Shown here piece by piece: positions 25,880 through 34,371 of a stretch of 64,000 bases of DNA (position 1 is its first letter; every line of letters begins with the position of its first letter). Made by a program: the position numbers and the translations under genes. Source of the stretch: a virus. The notes beneath the pieces are model-generated. The model saw only the letters and a list, made by a program, of their open reading frames with translations. It was not told the DNA's origin and made no database searches. Location of the stretch: positions 32,001 to 96,000 of IMG/VR virus record IMGVR_UViG_3300034782_000062. The stretch is one strand, 5' to 3'.

Positions 25880-26770
25880 CTACTCCTCTTCGTCTTTCTT
25901 CTTGGACATGTACCAGAACACGCCACCGACGCCGCCTGCGAGAACGAGCGCGAGAAAAATCCAAACGACCGGTGAGGTACCCTGCTGAGTGACGATCGGA
26001 GCCGCTGTCGTTGACGGCGCAGACGACACAGCAGCTTCCGTCTCACGAAGAGCCCGAAGCTCTTCTGCACGCTGCGACAGCTCCTCAAGACGAAGCTCAT
26101 GCTCCTGCTGACGGGCGAGCTGCTCGGTCTGGAACGCCATGTCACGAGCCTCAGACTCAGCTTCCATTTGCTCGCGACGAAGCTGAGCTTCCAGCTCCAT
26201 CTCGGCCTCCGCTCGCTGATGACCCGTGACCGTTGTGGCGATACCGACTCCCAGCTCAGAGAGCGGAGCCAGGATAGAGCCGATGCCTTCCATGATTCCG
26301 CCAGCTCGTGATCCGTTGGTACCCATCCCCATGTCGCCGTCGTTGCCCATGCCGCCGCCATACAATCCGCTCGGGCCGATCGAAGGTCCATAGGTGACGT
26401 AAGTGCCAGGCTGCACCCTTCGAGCAGCTCGGCCACCAACATTCACCACTGGAGAACCAGCGGCTCTTTGCGCTGCTTCACCGTTCATGGCGAAGCGGGC
26501 GCCATTCTCCATGTCGTAGTAGTACATCTGCCCACCTTTATCTCCATTGCCCCTTCGAATTGGAGCTGATTCCGCACCAAGAGTCGCAGCCTGTTGAAAC
26601 CTCGGCCGCTGAGGCACAACGCGGCGAACGGGGCGGCGGGGTGCCTGAACATGCGGAGCAGCACTCACATCTTCTTCGACGGTGCCGACGTATTCAACAT
26701 CGTCATCGTTTCCATTTCCGTTTGCTCCGTAGCTTGTCATGTCTTCATCAAGAGCATCCCACTCGCTCAT
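25880..26770 (-). CDS. Membrane protein with long N-terminal extension, coil and C-terminal TM
   Basis: Internal MGMGTNG; C-terminal half has the same architecture as 25379-25870. Confidence 0.8.
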   Translation of the reverse strand: MSEWDALDEDMTSYGANGNGNDDDVEYVGTVEEDVSAAPHVQAPRRPVRRVVPQRPRFQQAATLGAESAPIRRGNGDKGGQMYYYDMENGARFAMNGEAAQRAAGSPVVNVGGRAARRVQPGTYVTYGPSIGPSGLYGGGMGNDGDMGMGTNGSRAGGIMEGIGSILAPLSELGVGIATTVTGHQRAEAEMELEAQLRREQMEAESEARDMAFQTEQLARQQEHELRLEELSQRAEELRALRETEAAVSSAPSTTAAPIVTQQGTSPVVWIFLALVLAGGVGGVFWYMSKKKDEEE

Positions 26771-26787
26771 CGTTTCCTCCGACGTTT

Positions 26788-27423
26788 TCAGTCGCTTGAC
26801 TCATAGATCCTGTATTGCTTGACTCGCTGATGCATCCGCGGGGTTCGAGGTCCAGCGACCGGGTCGACTGTCACCCAACCACCACTCCCCTTCGCCGCCT
26901 GAGCGAAGACATGAGTGAATGGTCCAGGAAGCCTTGGATGCGGTGATGACATCAGACGAAAGGCGGGGTCCTCAAACAGCCTTGGATTCGGCGATTTACC
27001 GTTCGTCGGACGAAATCCGACGGTGACTATTCGACTTCTCCCACCGATTGAACCAATTGAGGCTCTCAAGAACGTAGCAAACTCATCGCAGTCGATGAGC
27101 GTCGAGCCGTAGTTGTCGATCTCCCACAAGATTCGCAGAGGATCCTTGACCTGCTCGACCTTTCGAGGGTCTCGCGTGTACCGGAACTGCGGGCCACATG
27201 TCCAGTAGTAAACCGCAAGGATTTCGCTCCAGTAATCTCGGGGACGAACGTATCGAATGATATCTTCGACTCGCTCACGAAGAGCGAACGACTTCTGACC
27301 GCGCTCACCGTCAGCAATGCGGAACATCTCACGCACTGTTTGCGGAGTTCCGCGGTATTTCATCACATTTACGGTCTGGTTTCCGGCCACCGGCCACACT
27401 CCGGCTTTAAAAATACCTGCCAA
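26788..27423 (-). CDS. Transglutaminase-like (Cys-His-Asp) protein
   Basis: IDCDEFA ... THVFAQ ... WVTVDP triad motifs; start uncertain (TTG 27423 or ATG 27363). Confidence 0.8.
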   Translation of the reverse strand: MAGIFKAGVWPVAGNQTVNVMKYRGTPQTVREMFRIADGERGQKSFALRERVEDIIRYVRPRDYWSEILAVYYWTCGPQFRYTRDPRKVEQVKDPLRILWEIDNYGSTLIDCDEFATFLRASIGSIGGRSRIVTVGFRPTNGKSPNPRLFEDPAFRLMSSPHPRLPGPFTHVFAQAAKGSGGWVTVDPVAGPRTPRMHQRVKQYRIYESSD

Positions 27424-27471
27424 ATTTGACGCCGGGGCCGGCTTATACGTCTGACAGGAGGGTCGCTTTAG

Positions 27472-27514
27472 AAGTACATCATATTAAGTTTAAATGTCAA
27501 GCGTCTTGAGGATG
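27472..27514 (-). promoter_or_regulatory. Putative leftward promoter with a palindrome abutting the -35 box
   Basis: Minus strand CATCCTCAAGACG-C-TTGACA, then AT-rich spacer; -10 box ambiguous. Confidence 0.45.
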
Positions 27515-27527
27515 GACGAAAATTAGG

Positions 27528-30257
27528 TTAGCCGATCAGCTTGGACAGCTCGACCTGAAGAGCAGAGAGGTACTTACGACCCTGGTAGGACGCCAGCATG
27601 CTCTCAGGGATGACCTGCTGGATGTCAGCCACCAATTGCTGGATTGGTGTCTGAGCAAATGGCCGCAACTGCTCGGGGGGAGCGACCTGCATGATGGTCC
27701 CTGCGAGAACATTCGGCGGAACACCGTTTGTCATCGACTCTTCGAGACCTGAGATCATGGCTTTCATCTGCTCTGCAACATCTGGCGGAATCTTCTCTGT
27801 CGAGATGGGAGGTTGCTGTGGCTGGGCAGGGGAGACCACTGGTTGAGGCTGAGCCGCTGGAGCGGCCGGCGCAGATCTTGGCGACTCCGGAGTCGATGGC
27901 GAATGAATTCGTTCCATTTCCTCTGGGGTGATCTGAGGACTTTTCGACTCGGGAGACGTTCCCATCGAATAACTCGACGTCGCCGGTGGAACTGTCGCCC
28001 TCACCACCCCCTCTGAGTCAACCTGACTGCGAATTTGAGGAGCCGGTTCCGGTCCCGGCCCTGCCTCCTCGACTTCGTCGTCGACAAAAGATCCTGTCAC
28101 GACACCACCACCGGGCTCCATGACCTCCTCTTCATACTCTTCCTCATCGACCATCACCTGATGGGAGTATGGCTGAGCTTGTGGCGGCGGCGAATAGGTT
28201 GGCTGAGGAGGTGGTCCATAGGAAGGACCGGGCGCCGGCTGATGGGGCATTCCGTATACAGCCCCAGGTGGCGGTCCATAACTTGGCTGAACCTGACCCG
28301 GGAGACCAGGCATCATGCCGGGCATGGGCGCACCAGGATGCATACCAGCAGCACCAGCCGCCATGTTCTTCAGGAACTCAAACACGCTTTCTCCGACGTT
28401 GGACTCGGAGAACTGCATGACCTTGCCCCACCACGTCTTCGGCTCTTCCTGCTTTGGTTCCAGGTCGACGTCGGCAGATAGAGCCCCAGCACCCACCGAA
28501 GCACCGCCAAGACCAAGCACACCAGACAGAGATTCACCAACCGTCTTGAGCTTCTGCGCCTGAGTGACCAAGTCTCCCTGATCGGCCACCTTCTGCTTTG
28601 TCGCGTCGAGATCGGCCCTGGCGCGAGCCAACTCCTGCTGCAGGGAATCGATTTGAGCCTTATAGCTCGTCTCCTGGAGCTTGACCGACATGTCGAGCTG
28701 CGTGTTAAGCTGAGAAATCGCGGCTTCGTGCTGGGCCTTCAGACTCGCGATAGCAGCTTCACCACGAGTACGCTCTTGTTCGACCTGGTTGCCAAGAGAG
28801 CCTGTGAGCTGGGTAACCTGCGTCTCGTGAAGAGACTTCATGTGGTCGAGCTGCATCTGATTGTTTCGATCAGCCGTATCTCGCTCAGTGCGTGCTCTTT
28901 CCTGTGCCTGGTCCAAAGCGGCTCTAGCCCGGTCTTGCTCCTGATCGAAACGACGTTGCCAGTCGTCGTTCAGCTTCTCGTAACGCTGCTTGGCTTGAGT
29001 CTCTGCATCGTTGTAACGACGATCAGCCTCTTCCTTCAGGCGCTCTACCTCCTTGCGGTTGTTGTCTCGCTCTCGCTCCATCTCTCGCTTGAACTGTTCT
29101 TGCTCTCTGTCGAGACGACCCTGAAGCTCGCTTCGTACTCGATCGACCTCGTCTCGATTTCTCTCCTGTAGGTTTGTGATCTCGCGCTCATATCTTTCTC
29201 TCAGCGCGTTCACCTCTTGTTCGTGACGGTCCTGAAGCTGAGTGAGCTGAGTGAGTCTTGACTCGTTGAGCGCGTTGATCTCGGAGCGATGCTGCTCGGT
29301 CAGACTCGCGAGCATTTCAGGCGGGATACCGTGGTTCTGATTACTGACCTTGGCGATCATACGCTCGAAATCCTGGCGATGCTGCTGTTCTGTCTTCCGA
29401 AGACGCTCTGCGGCGGCTCTCTCACTCTCAATCGCTCGGTCAGCAGACTCTTTGATCATCAAGAGCGCTTCTGATGAAAGACCTTCACCGCCTACCTTTC
29501 TGGTCGCCTCATCGATTAGGCGCTCACGGAGTTGCTTTGCCTCCTCCGAAGCAGAGTCAGCCAGCTTGCCGAGACGATCGAAGCTCATCCGAACCATCTC
29601 AGGGTCTTCGCCGTTACCCCTCCCGCCGCCTTCCTCATCTTCCCACGCCGCTTGTGCTCTTCTACCTCCTCTTCTCGCCATCTGTGCCTCCCGTATCTGC
29701 GCTTGAGACGGAGGACCACCCTGCGGATTGCTGAGCATGATGCCGCCATCATCGAAAGCGAGGTGTTTGTCCATCGCGCTCACGATAGGTTCACCACTTA
29801 TTTTTACCCTGGTTCCATCGAGGAAACCCTTGGACGTTCCGGCCCTCGGATTCGGCCCACGAATTTTGAGGTCGTAGACGCCACCGCCGAAGTGCTCACG
29901 GATGAAAGCCTCGTCGATCGAGTGCGGAAATGAGGCGATGTAGCCCTGGATGTTTCGCCCGTGCCAGTTCTGTGGCTGCACTCTGAGCACCGAGACGTCA
30001 TAGTCGCCCGATTCCCAGTCGTAGCGGTTCATGACCTCCATCATGTCGCCCTGAGCCAGAGACGTTTTCACTTGTGATTCCACAAAGGCACGCCTTCGAG
30101 GTGGCTGAGCCGTCCTGGGGACGTCGTCTTGACCACCACTTTTTTTCTTCCGGCGCTTCTTGGCCGGTTTTGGCTTTGAAGTCGGCGTCTGTTCGACATC
30201 TTCTTCATCGAGGAGATCGGGGTCTGTGCCCATTTCCTCTTCCGGTACTTCAGCCAT
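27528..30257 (-). CDS. 909-aa protein with long coiled coil and Pro-rich region (scaffold/tape-like)
   Basis: E/R/Q heptad-rich region at about residues 270-560; globular N- and C-termini. Confidence 0.85.
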   Translation of the reverse strand: MAEVPEEEMGTDPDLLDEEDVEQTPTSKPKPAKKRRKKKSGGQDDVPRTAQPPRRRAFVESQVKTSLAQGDMMEVMNRYDWESGDYDVSVLRVQPQNWHGRNIQGYIASFPHSIDEAFIREHFGGGVYDLKIRGPNPRAGTSKGFLDGTRVKISGEPIVSAMDKHLAFDDGGIMLSNPQGGPPSQAQIREAQMARRGGRRAQAAWEDEEGGGRGNGEDPEMVRMSFDRLGKLADSASEEAKQLRERLIDEATRKVGGEGLSSEALLMIKESADRAIESERAAAERLRKTEQQHRQDFERMIAKVSNQNHGIPPEMLASLTEQHRSEINALNESRLTQLTQLQDRHEQEVNALRERYEREITNLQERNRDEVDRVRSELQGRLDREQEQFKREMERERDNNRKEVERLKEEADRRYNDAETQAKQRYEKLNDDWQRRFDQEQDRARAALDQAQERARTERDTADRNNQMQLDHMKSLHETQVTQLTGSLGNQVEQERTRGEAAIASLKAQHEAAISQLNTQLDMSVKLQETSYKAQIDSLQQELARARADLDATKQKVADQGDLVTQAQKLKTVGESLSGVLGLGGASVGAGALSADVDLEPKQEEPKTWWGKVMQFSESNVGESVFEFLKNMAAGAAGMHPGAPMPGMMPGLPGQVQPSYGPPPGAVYGMPHQPAPGPSYGPPPQPTYSPPPQAQPYSHQVMVDEEEYEEEVMEPGGGVVTGSFVDDEVEEAGPGPEPAPQIRSQVDSEGVVRATVPPATSSYSMGTSPESKSPQITPEEMERIHSPSTPESPRSAPAAPAAQPQPVVSPAQPQQPPISTEKIPPDVAEQMKAMISGLEESMTNGVPPNVLAGTIMQVAPPEQLRPFAQTPIQQLVADIQQVIPESMLASYQGRKYLSALQVELSKLIG

Positions 30258-31164
30258 TTTTCTTCTCCTCCCCTTGCTCAGCTACCTCCGCTGCAGGCGG
30301 CTCTGGAGTGGGCTCAGGAGTGGGCTCGGGAGCTGCTTGCTCAACCGCTGCCTCTTCAGTTGGCGGCGGTTCGGGAGCTGATTCCTGTTGTGGCTCGGTC
30401 TCGGGCGCCACAGAGGCTGCCTCGGGTGCCGGGCTCTCGACCAGAGGCGCCTCCTGAGACGGCGAAGTCTCGGGCTCTGGAGCAGCGGGGGCAGTGGATT
30501 CCTCCGCCTCCGGAGCCGCCACCTCCGCTTTAGCAGCGTCGGCAGCCGCCGCTTGTTCCTCGGTCATTTGAGAGCGAGGTTCGAGCACCTCGGGAGTTTC
30601 GACATCTTCTTCGTCTTCCTCTTCGTCCTCCTCTTCCTCTTCCTCCGAAAGAGTGATCTCCTGAATCCTGGCGATGAGCCCAGGCGCCCTGGCGATCATC
30701 ATTTGCACCGAGTGGGCAACCTCTGGATTTCCCTTGGTGAGGTTGACCAGAAGGCCGAAGAGCTGGAGCGACTGACCGATGAACTCGATGAGCTGCTCAG
30801 CGAACTCGGGGCTGATGCCCTCTCCGCCCGTGCCCTCGACCTCGTCCTCGATATTGCTGACTCGCTCGTGGAGGTCACCGGTATACCAGTTGGCCATCTG
30901 AGCGAAGTCGACCAGGATGGGGTAGAGGTCGTTGATCAAGAACATCTTGAGCCGCGCCGGATTGGCCTGCGGCATCTGCTTGAGCGTCTGCATCCCCATC
31001 TGCAGCGCTTCGGAGATGCCGAGGAACTCTGTGTTGGGAATGCTCCCCGGATCTTGGACGTCGGCCACCTGTTCCTCGGCCTGGGGCTGCTCGGGAGCTG
31101 CCTGGGGCTGAGCTGATGCCTCGGTCGTTGAGTCTGCGGTCGGCTGTGCCTGGGCTTCACCCAT
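30250..31164 (-). CDS. Highly acidic, Ala/Pro/Glu-rich protein
   Basis: 304-aa ORF overlapping both neighbours. Confidence 0.8.
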   Translation of the reverse strand: MGEAQAQPTADSTTEASAQPQAAPEQPQAEEQVADVQDPGSIPNTEFLGISEALQMGMQTLKQMPQANPARLKMFLINDLYPILVDFAQMANWYTGDLHERVSNIEDEVEGTGGEGISPEFAEQLIEFIGQSLQLFGLLVNLTKGNPEVAHSVQMMIARAPGLIARIQEITLSEEEEEEDEEEDEEDVETPEVLEPRSQMTEEQAAAADAAKAEVAAPEAEESTAPAAPEPETSPSQEAPLVESPAPEAASVAPETEPQQESAPEPPPTEEAAVEQAAPEPTPEPTPEPPAAEVAEQGEEKKNG

Positions 31165-32011
31165 TGTGATCCTCCTTCATGGATTCCATTGCTGCTTCGG
31201 TCTCTGCGAGCATTTCGCCCGCCGTCTTTCCTGTTTTTTCGACGCCTTCGTCGATTTCTCGCTCGGCCATAAGTTTTCTATAGCGAGCGATCGTTTGAAT
31301 GTTTTTCGCGGCGATCGCGGCGATCTGGGGGTTGTTTCCAAGAGGTCGCCAGCCGGTACAAGCCATTACCGGTCGTTCTCGCAGACTGTAAAGGCGACCA
31401 AGTCCTCCGAGGCGCAAACACCACCGGTGCGACTCCATATCTTCTTCGGTCGGCTTTCGAATGATCATTTCGATGAACGACTCGCAGGGACCAAAAGCGC
31501 AGATGCCGAGATTTACCTTCTGGTCAATCTCCAACTGACGTATCTCGGCAAGAACAAGAGAGTTTTGTACGCACGCTCTTCGGATTCTGTCCGGGTCTCC
31601 GTGACCGACCGGCTCGAACGCAGTGCAGCCCTTGATCTCGGCCTCGGTGAGGTCTGTCTGCTCGGCCCAGGTCCGTACTTTCCCACACCACCGTCCAATC
31701 TCGACATTCTGATCGGAGTCGGGCGCTGGCCCCTCAAATACGAGGCTGACGTTTTCTGTGTAGTGTCGACACTCTCCTAGACAGATGAAGTTCTCGATGT
31801 CTACGGCTGGTGGCGGATCGAGAATGCTCTGCTCGCCTTCCAGCTCTGGGAACATAACGAAGCCATCTGCATCGACGGCCATCGTAATTCCAGGAACAAA
31901 GGACTCAGCCTCCATATCGGCTCTTGCATCTGGGTCTCCAGCAGCTCTTTTGGGGTCGTCGCCAAAGATTCCTTCATCATCGTTTTCGTCGAACAGATAT
32001 CCGCCTGGCAT
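31157..32011 (-). CDS. Protein with an internally duplicated Cys-rich domain
   Basis: ICLGEC..Y...WC...C..F.P and ICAFGPC..F...WC...C..W.P. Confidence 0.8.
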   Translation of the reverse strand: MPGGYLFDENDDEGIFGDDPKRAAGDPDARADMEAESFVPGITMAVDADGFVMFPELEGEQSILDPPPAVDIENFICLGECRHYTENVSLVFEGPAPDSDQNVEIGRWCGKVRTWAEQTDLTEAEIKGCTAFEPVGHGDPDRIRRACVQNSLVLAEIRQLEIDQKVNLGICAFGPCESFIEMIIRKPTEEDMESHRWCLRLGGLGRLYSLRERPVMACTGWRPLGNNPQIAAIAAKNIQTIARYRKLMAEREIDEGVEKTGKTAGEMLAETEAAMESMKEDHNG

Positions 32012-32098
32012 GACTCTGTTTTCTCCTCTGAAACATTGTTTTGTGGTATACGACTTTCGGCTTTGTGTGATTACTTCGTCTTCAGGACGATTAGCCCG

Positions 32099-32127
32099 AA
32101 AGTACGTCTTGGGGATGGATATGTCAA
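32099..32127 (-). promoter_or_regulatory. Sigma70-type leftward promoter with a palindrome in its spacer
   Basis: Minus strand TTGACA-TATCCATCCCCAAGACG-TACTTT (17 nt); another copy of the palindrome at 32077-32089. Confidence 0.7.
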
Positions 32128-32253
32128 GCTGATCTCTAAAAACTTAATACTTCCCTATGGGTGTGGTCATGTACGTGACTACCACCATCCGTGTACCACC
32201 CCTGCAGCGGGTCGGGACCGGTGATCATCTCGGGCGATCTCAGGCCATTTTTT

Positions 32254-32427
32254 GGCCAGTGAGACGACCGAAACGGCCAGTGAAAGTGCCCGCTCGGGCC
32301 GCGCCGAGCCCCCCATGAGCCGTTTCGAGACCCGTTCACTGCGCGTTGGTCAGTGATTTTGGTCAGTGATCACTGAGCAAATTGGTTACTGAACCGCGAC
32401 TGAGCAAAGGTCAGTGAGGGTCAGTGA
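32254..32427. repeat. Cluster of GGYCAGTGA / TCACTG iteron-like repeats
   Basis: GGYCAGTGA at 32254, 32275, 32348, 32361, 32409, 32419; inverted TCACTG at 32336 and 32370. Confidence 0.7.
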
Positions 32428-32521
32428 CCGCTTCGCCAGGTTCGAGCCCGGTCCTGGGGACGGGCGCCGTGGGCTCCCGTGCGCTGACCGTGCGTTCTCC
32501 CCCGGCTTCCCCAGGGTTCCC

Positions 32522-32548
32522 CCAGGGCTCCCCTACGGGGAGCCCTGG
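32522..32548. repeat. Perfect 12-bp inverted repeat with 3-nt spacer
   Basis: CCAGGGCTCCCC-TAC-GGGGAGCCCTGG. Confidence 0.9.
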
Positions 32549-32730
32549 TGTGCCGTGGGCCAACCCGCGTGATTTCGAGCACTTAGGCGTCTGCGCCCTG
32601 GGAGCTGACCGGGATAGGATGGCACGGGGCTTGCATTGGGCGCGGGCATCGGTGGGCGATTCCCGGCGATCGTGGTACACTCCCCGTGGCCGGGTGTGAT
32701 ATGCCCCGTAGGTGCCCGTAATCATTGGCG

Positions 32731-32781
32731 AAAAAAAATATCAAAAAAAGGGGTTGCAAACCGTTCAAACGGGCGTAGAAT
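32731..32781 (+). promoter_or_regulatory. Sigma70-type rightward (early) promoter with A-tract UP element
   Basis: AAAAAAAATATCAAAAAAA upstream of TTGCAA (32754) - 16 nt - TAGAAT (32776). Confidence 0.65.
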
Positions 32782-33235
32782 CATCATACCCCCTCTCGTA
32801 TGCGGGGGGGCGGGGGCCACGCCCCCAGGGTCATTGACAACCAAGCGGGCCACGGCGGAGCAAGCTAGGGCTCCCCTCGCCCGTCCCTCGCCCCTGGCAC
32901 CGAGAGGTGCTAGCCCCCGTCTGCGCGGGGGTTTCCCACGGCTCCCGTCGTGGCCTGGTGGTTCCGCCACCAGAGGGGCGCGGAGACGTCCCCCTCGCGG
33001 GCGCGACGTTGCACACTACCTCAACCATCCCAACTAGCGCGCAGTCTGTCACAGTGGCGCTAGCGCTCCCTCAGTCATCCCCAGGATGATTGAAAGCGCT
33101 GGTCCGTATGGTCGGCGTAGCTTGCGCGTTGCGTCGTGTACTCTGGATTAGGGTGCACCGTTGCGCGATCTGGCTTAGTCCCTGACAGAACAACGTTAGC
33201 ATTGTCCCCTTCCCCCTGGGCACGCTCGAAAGGGC

Positions 33236-33293
33236 GTGCTCAGGTTTGGAGCCTCGAAGCGAAACAGCGTTTCGAGGTTGCAAACCTGAGCAC
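33236..33293 (+). promoter_or_regulatory. Long hairpin (13 bp + 2x2 internal loop + 11 bp), candidate RNase III site
   Basis: GTGCTCAGGTTTG/CAAACCTGAGCAC perfect; inner stem has two G-U pairs. Confidence 0.55.
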
Positions 33294-33324
33294 ACCGCTC
33301 AGTGCAGGACAGGAGGGACAAAGC

Positions 33325-33543
33325 ATGGCACATACCGTCAAACTGACTGTGAAGCCAATGGGTAAGATCGAAAGCAAGGTCGAGGGCATCAAAGGCCCAT
33401 CTTGCGGCGAGAAAACCCGCTGGCTTGATTCTCTTGGGCGCATCGTGGTGCATGAGGACACCGACGAGTATCACGAGCATTGCGAGACCGAAACCGAGAC
33501 CGAAACCGTCGCGGCGGGGTGGGGTGATTCAAGTGACTGGTGA
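33325..33543 (+). CDS. DUF2997-family small protein
   Basis: VKLTVKPMGKIESKVEGIKGPSC...L..LG......T.EY pattern; GGAGG RBS. Confidence 0.8.
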   Translation: MAHTVKLTVKPMGKIESKVEGIKGPSCGEKTRWLDSLGRIVVHEDTDEYHEHCETETETETVAAGWGDSSDW

Positions 33544-33742
33544 AAAAGATCGTCCCCAGGACGAAGGACAAGGTCTCGCCTTTGGCGCACCAGTCGAGTC
33601 GAACGGCACGACACAAGCCAGCATGACCGCTCATATCGTGATCATGCCTGGTGGCGTCATGCTGATTGACGAAGCGCTCAACCTCGACATTGGAAAGCCC
33701 GTTAGCGGGCCGATCCACTGCAACAACGGAAGGGATTAGGTC

Positions 33743-34255
33743 ATGAGCAAGTTTCGCGTTCACAAGTCTGTCGTGCAGTCAACCGACGCTATCATCGAGG
33801 CGTTGATTGACCGCATTGTTCAATTCAACTGTCGCCACGTCCCCGCTGACAAGCTCGAAGAGGAGATCGCCAAGTGGACCGAAAAGGCAACCAAGCTCGT
33901 TGCCGAAAAGGTCCAGGTCTGCCTCGATGAGCCGGTCAACCTCTACGGATACCAGGGCGACCGTCGCGACGAGGTTGCTCACGTTCGCATCCCCGCAGAC
34001 GTGGTCAACAAACATCTCGGCGGGGGGCTGTCGAATGACGCCGGTTTTCGCAAGAGTGCCGACGGTTTCGAGGCGATCATCAGCGATTACGACAAGGGCA
34101 AGTGGTGGAACAACCAAGAGGGTCGTTTCTGGCAGGTCGCCGCTGCGAAAGAGGCCGAAGATCTCGCATGGCTCCAACCCAACGTGATCGGCGTCGAGCG
34201 CGTAGAGAATGAAGAGACGGGCTTTATTGAGATTCTCTGCACCGTTCAAGACTAG
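33743..34255 (+). CDS. DUF1257 (Ycf35-like) protein
   Basis: MSKF...; V.LYGYQGD.R; SNDAGF.K..DGFE.IIS.YD. Confidence 0.75.
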   Translation: MSKFRVHKSVVQSTDAIIEALIDRIVQFNCRHVPADKLEEEIAKWTEKATKLVAEKVQVCLDEPVNLYGYQGDRRDEVAHVRIPADVVNKHLGGGLSNDAGFRKSADGFEAIISDYDKGKWWNNQEGRFWQVAAAKEAEDLAWLQPNVIGVERVENEETGFIEILCTVQD

Positions 34256-34371
34256 CCTATTGCTTCACAATCAAATCGTCATGAGTCGCCGCAAGGCGGC
34301 TCAACAGTGCGTCAAAGTCTGCACGATTTTGGCGTACTGTTGAGTCACTTTCTGGCTCAAATGGAGGGACA

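Noticed and set aside
12456-26770. Leader as an adenain site ((M/L/I)xGx|G), a prepilin signal or a Sec signal
   Set aside because: Only some copies (MMGFG, MTGLG, MTGMG, MMGLG) fit the adenain consensus, no adenain-like gene was recognised, and no hydrophobic helix follows the Gly.
32436-32456. GGTTCGAG as a fourth T-loop element
   Set aside because: The flanking stem has mismatches and no acceptor stem or CCA end can be formed.
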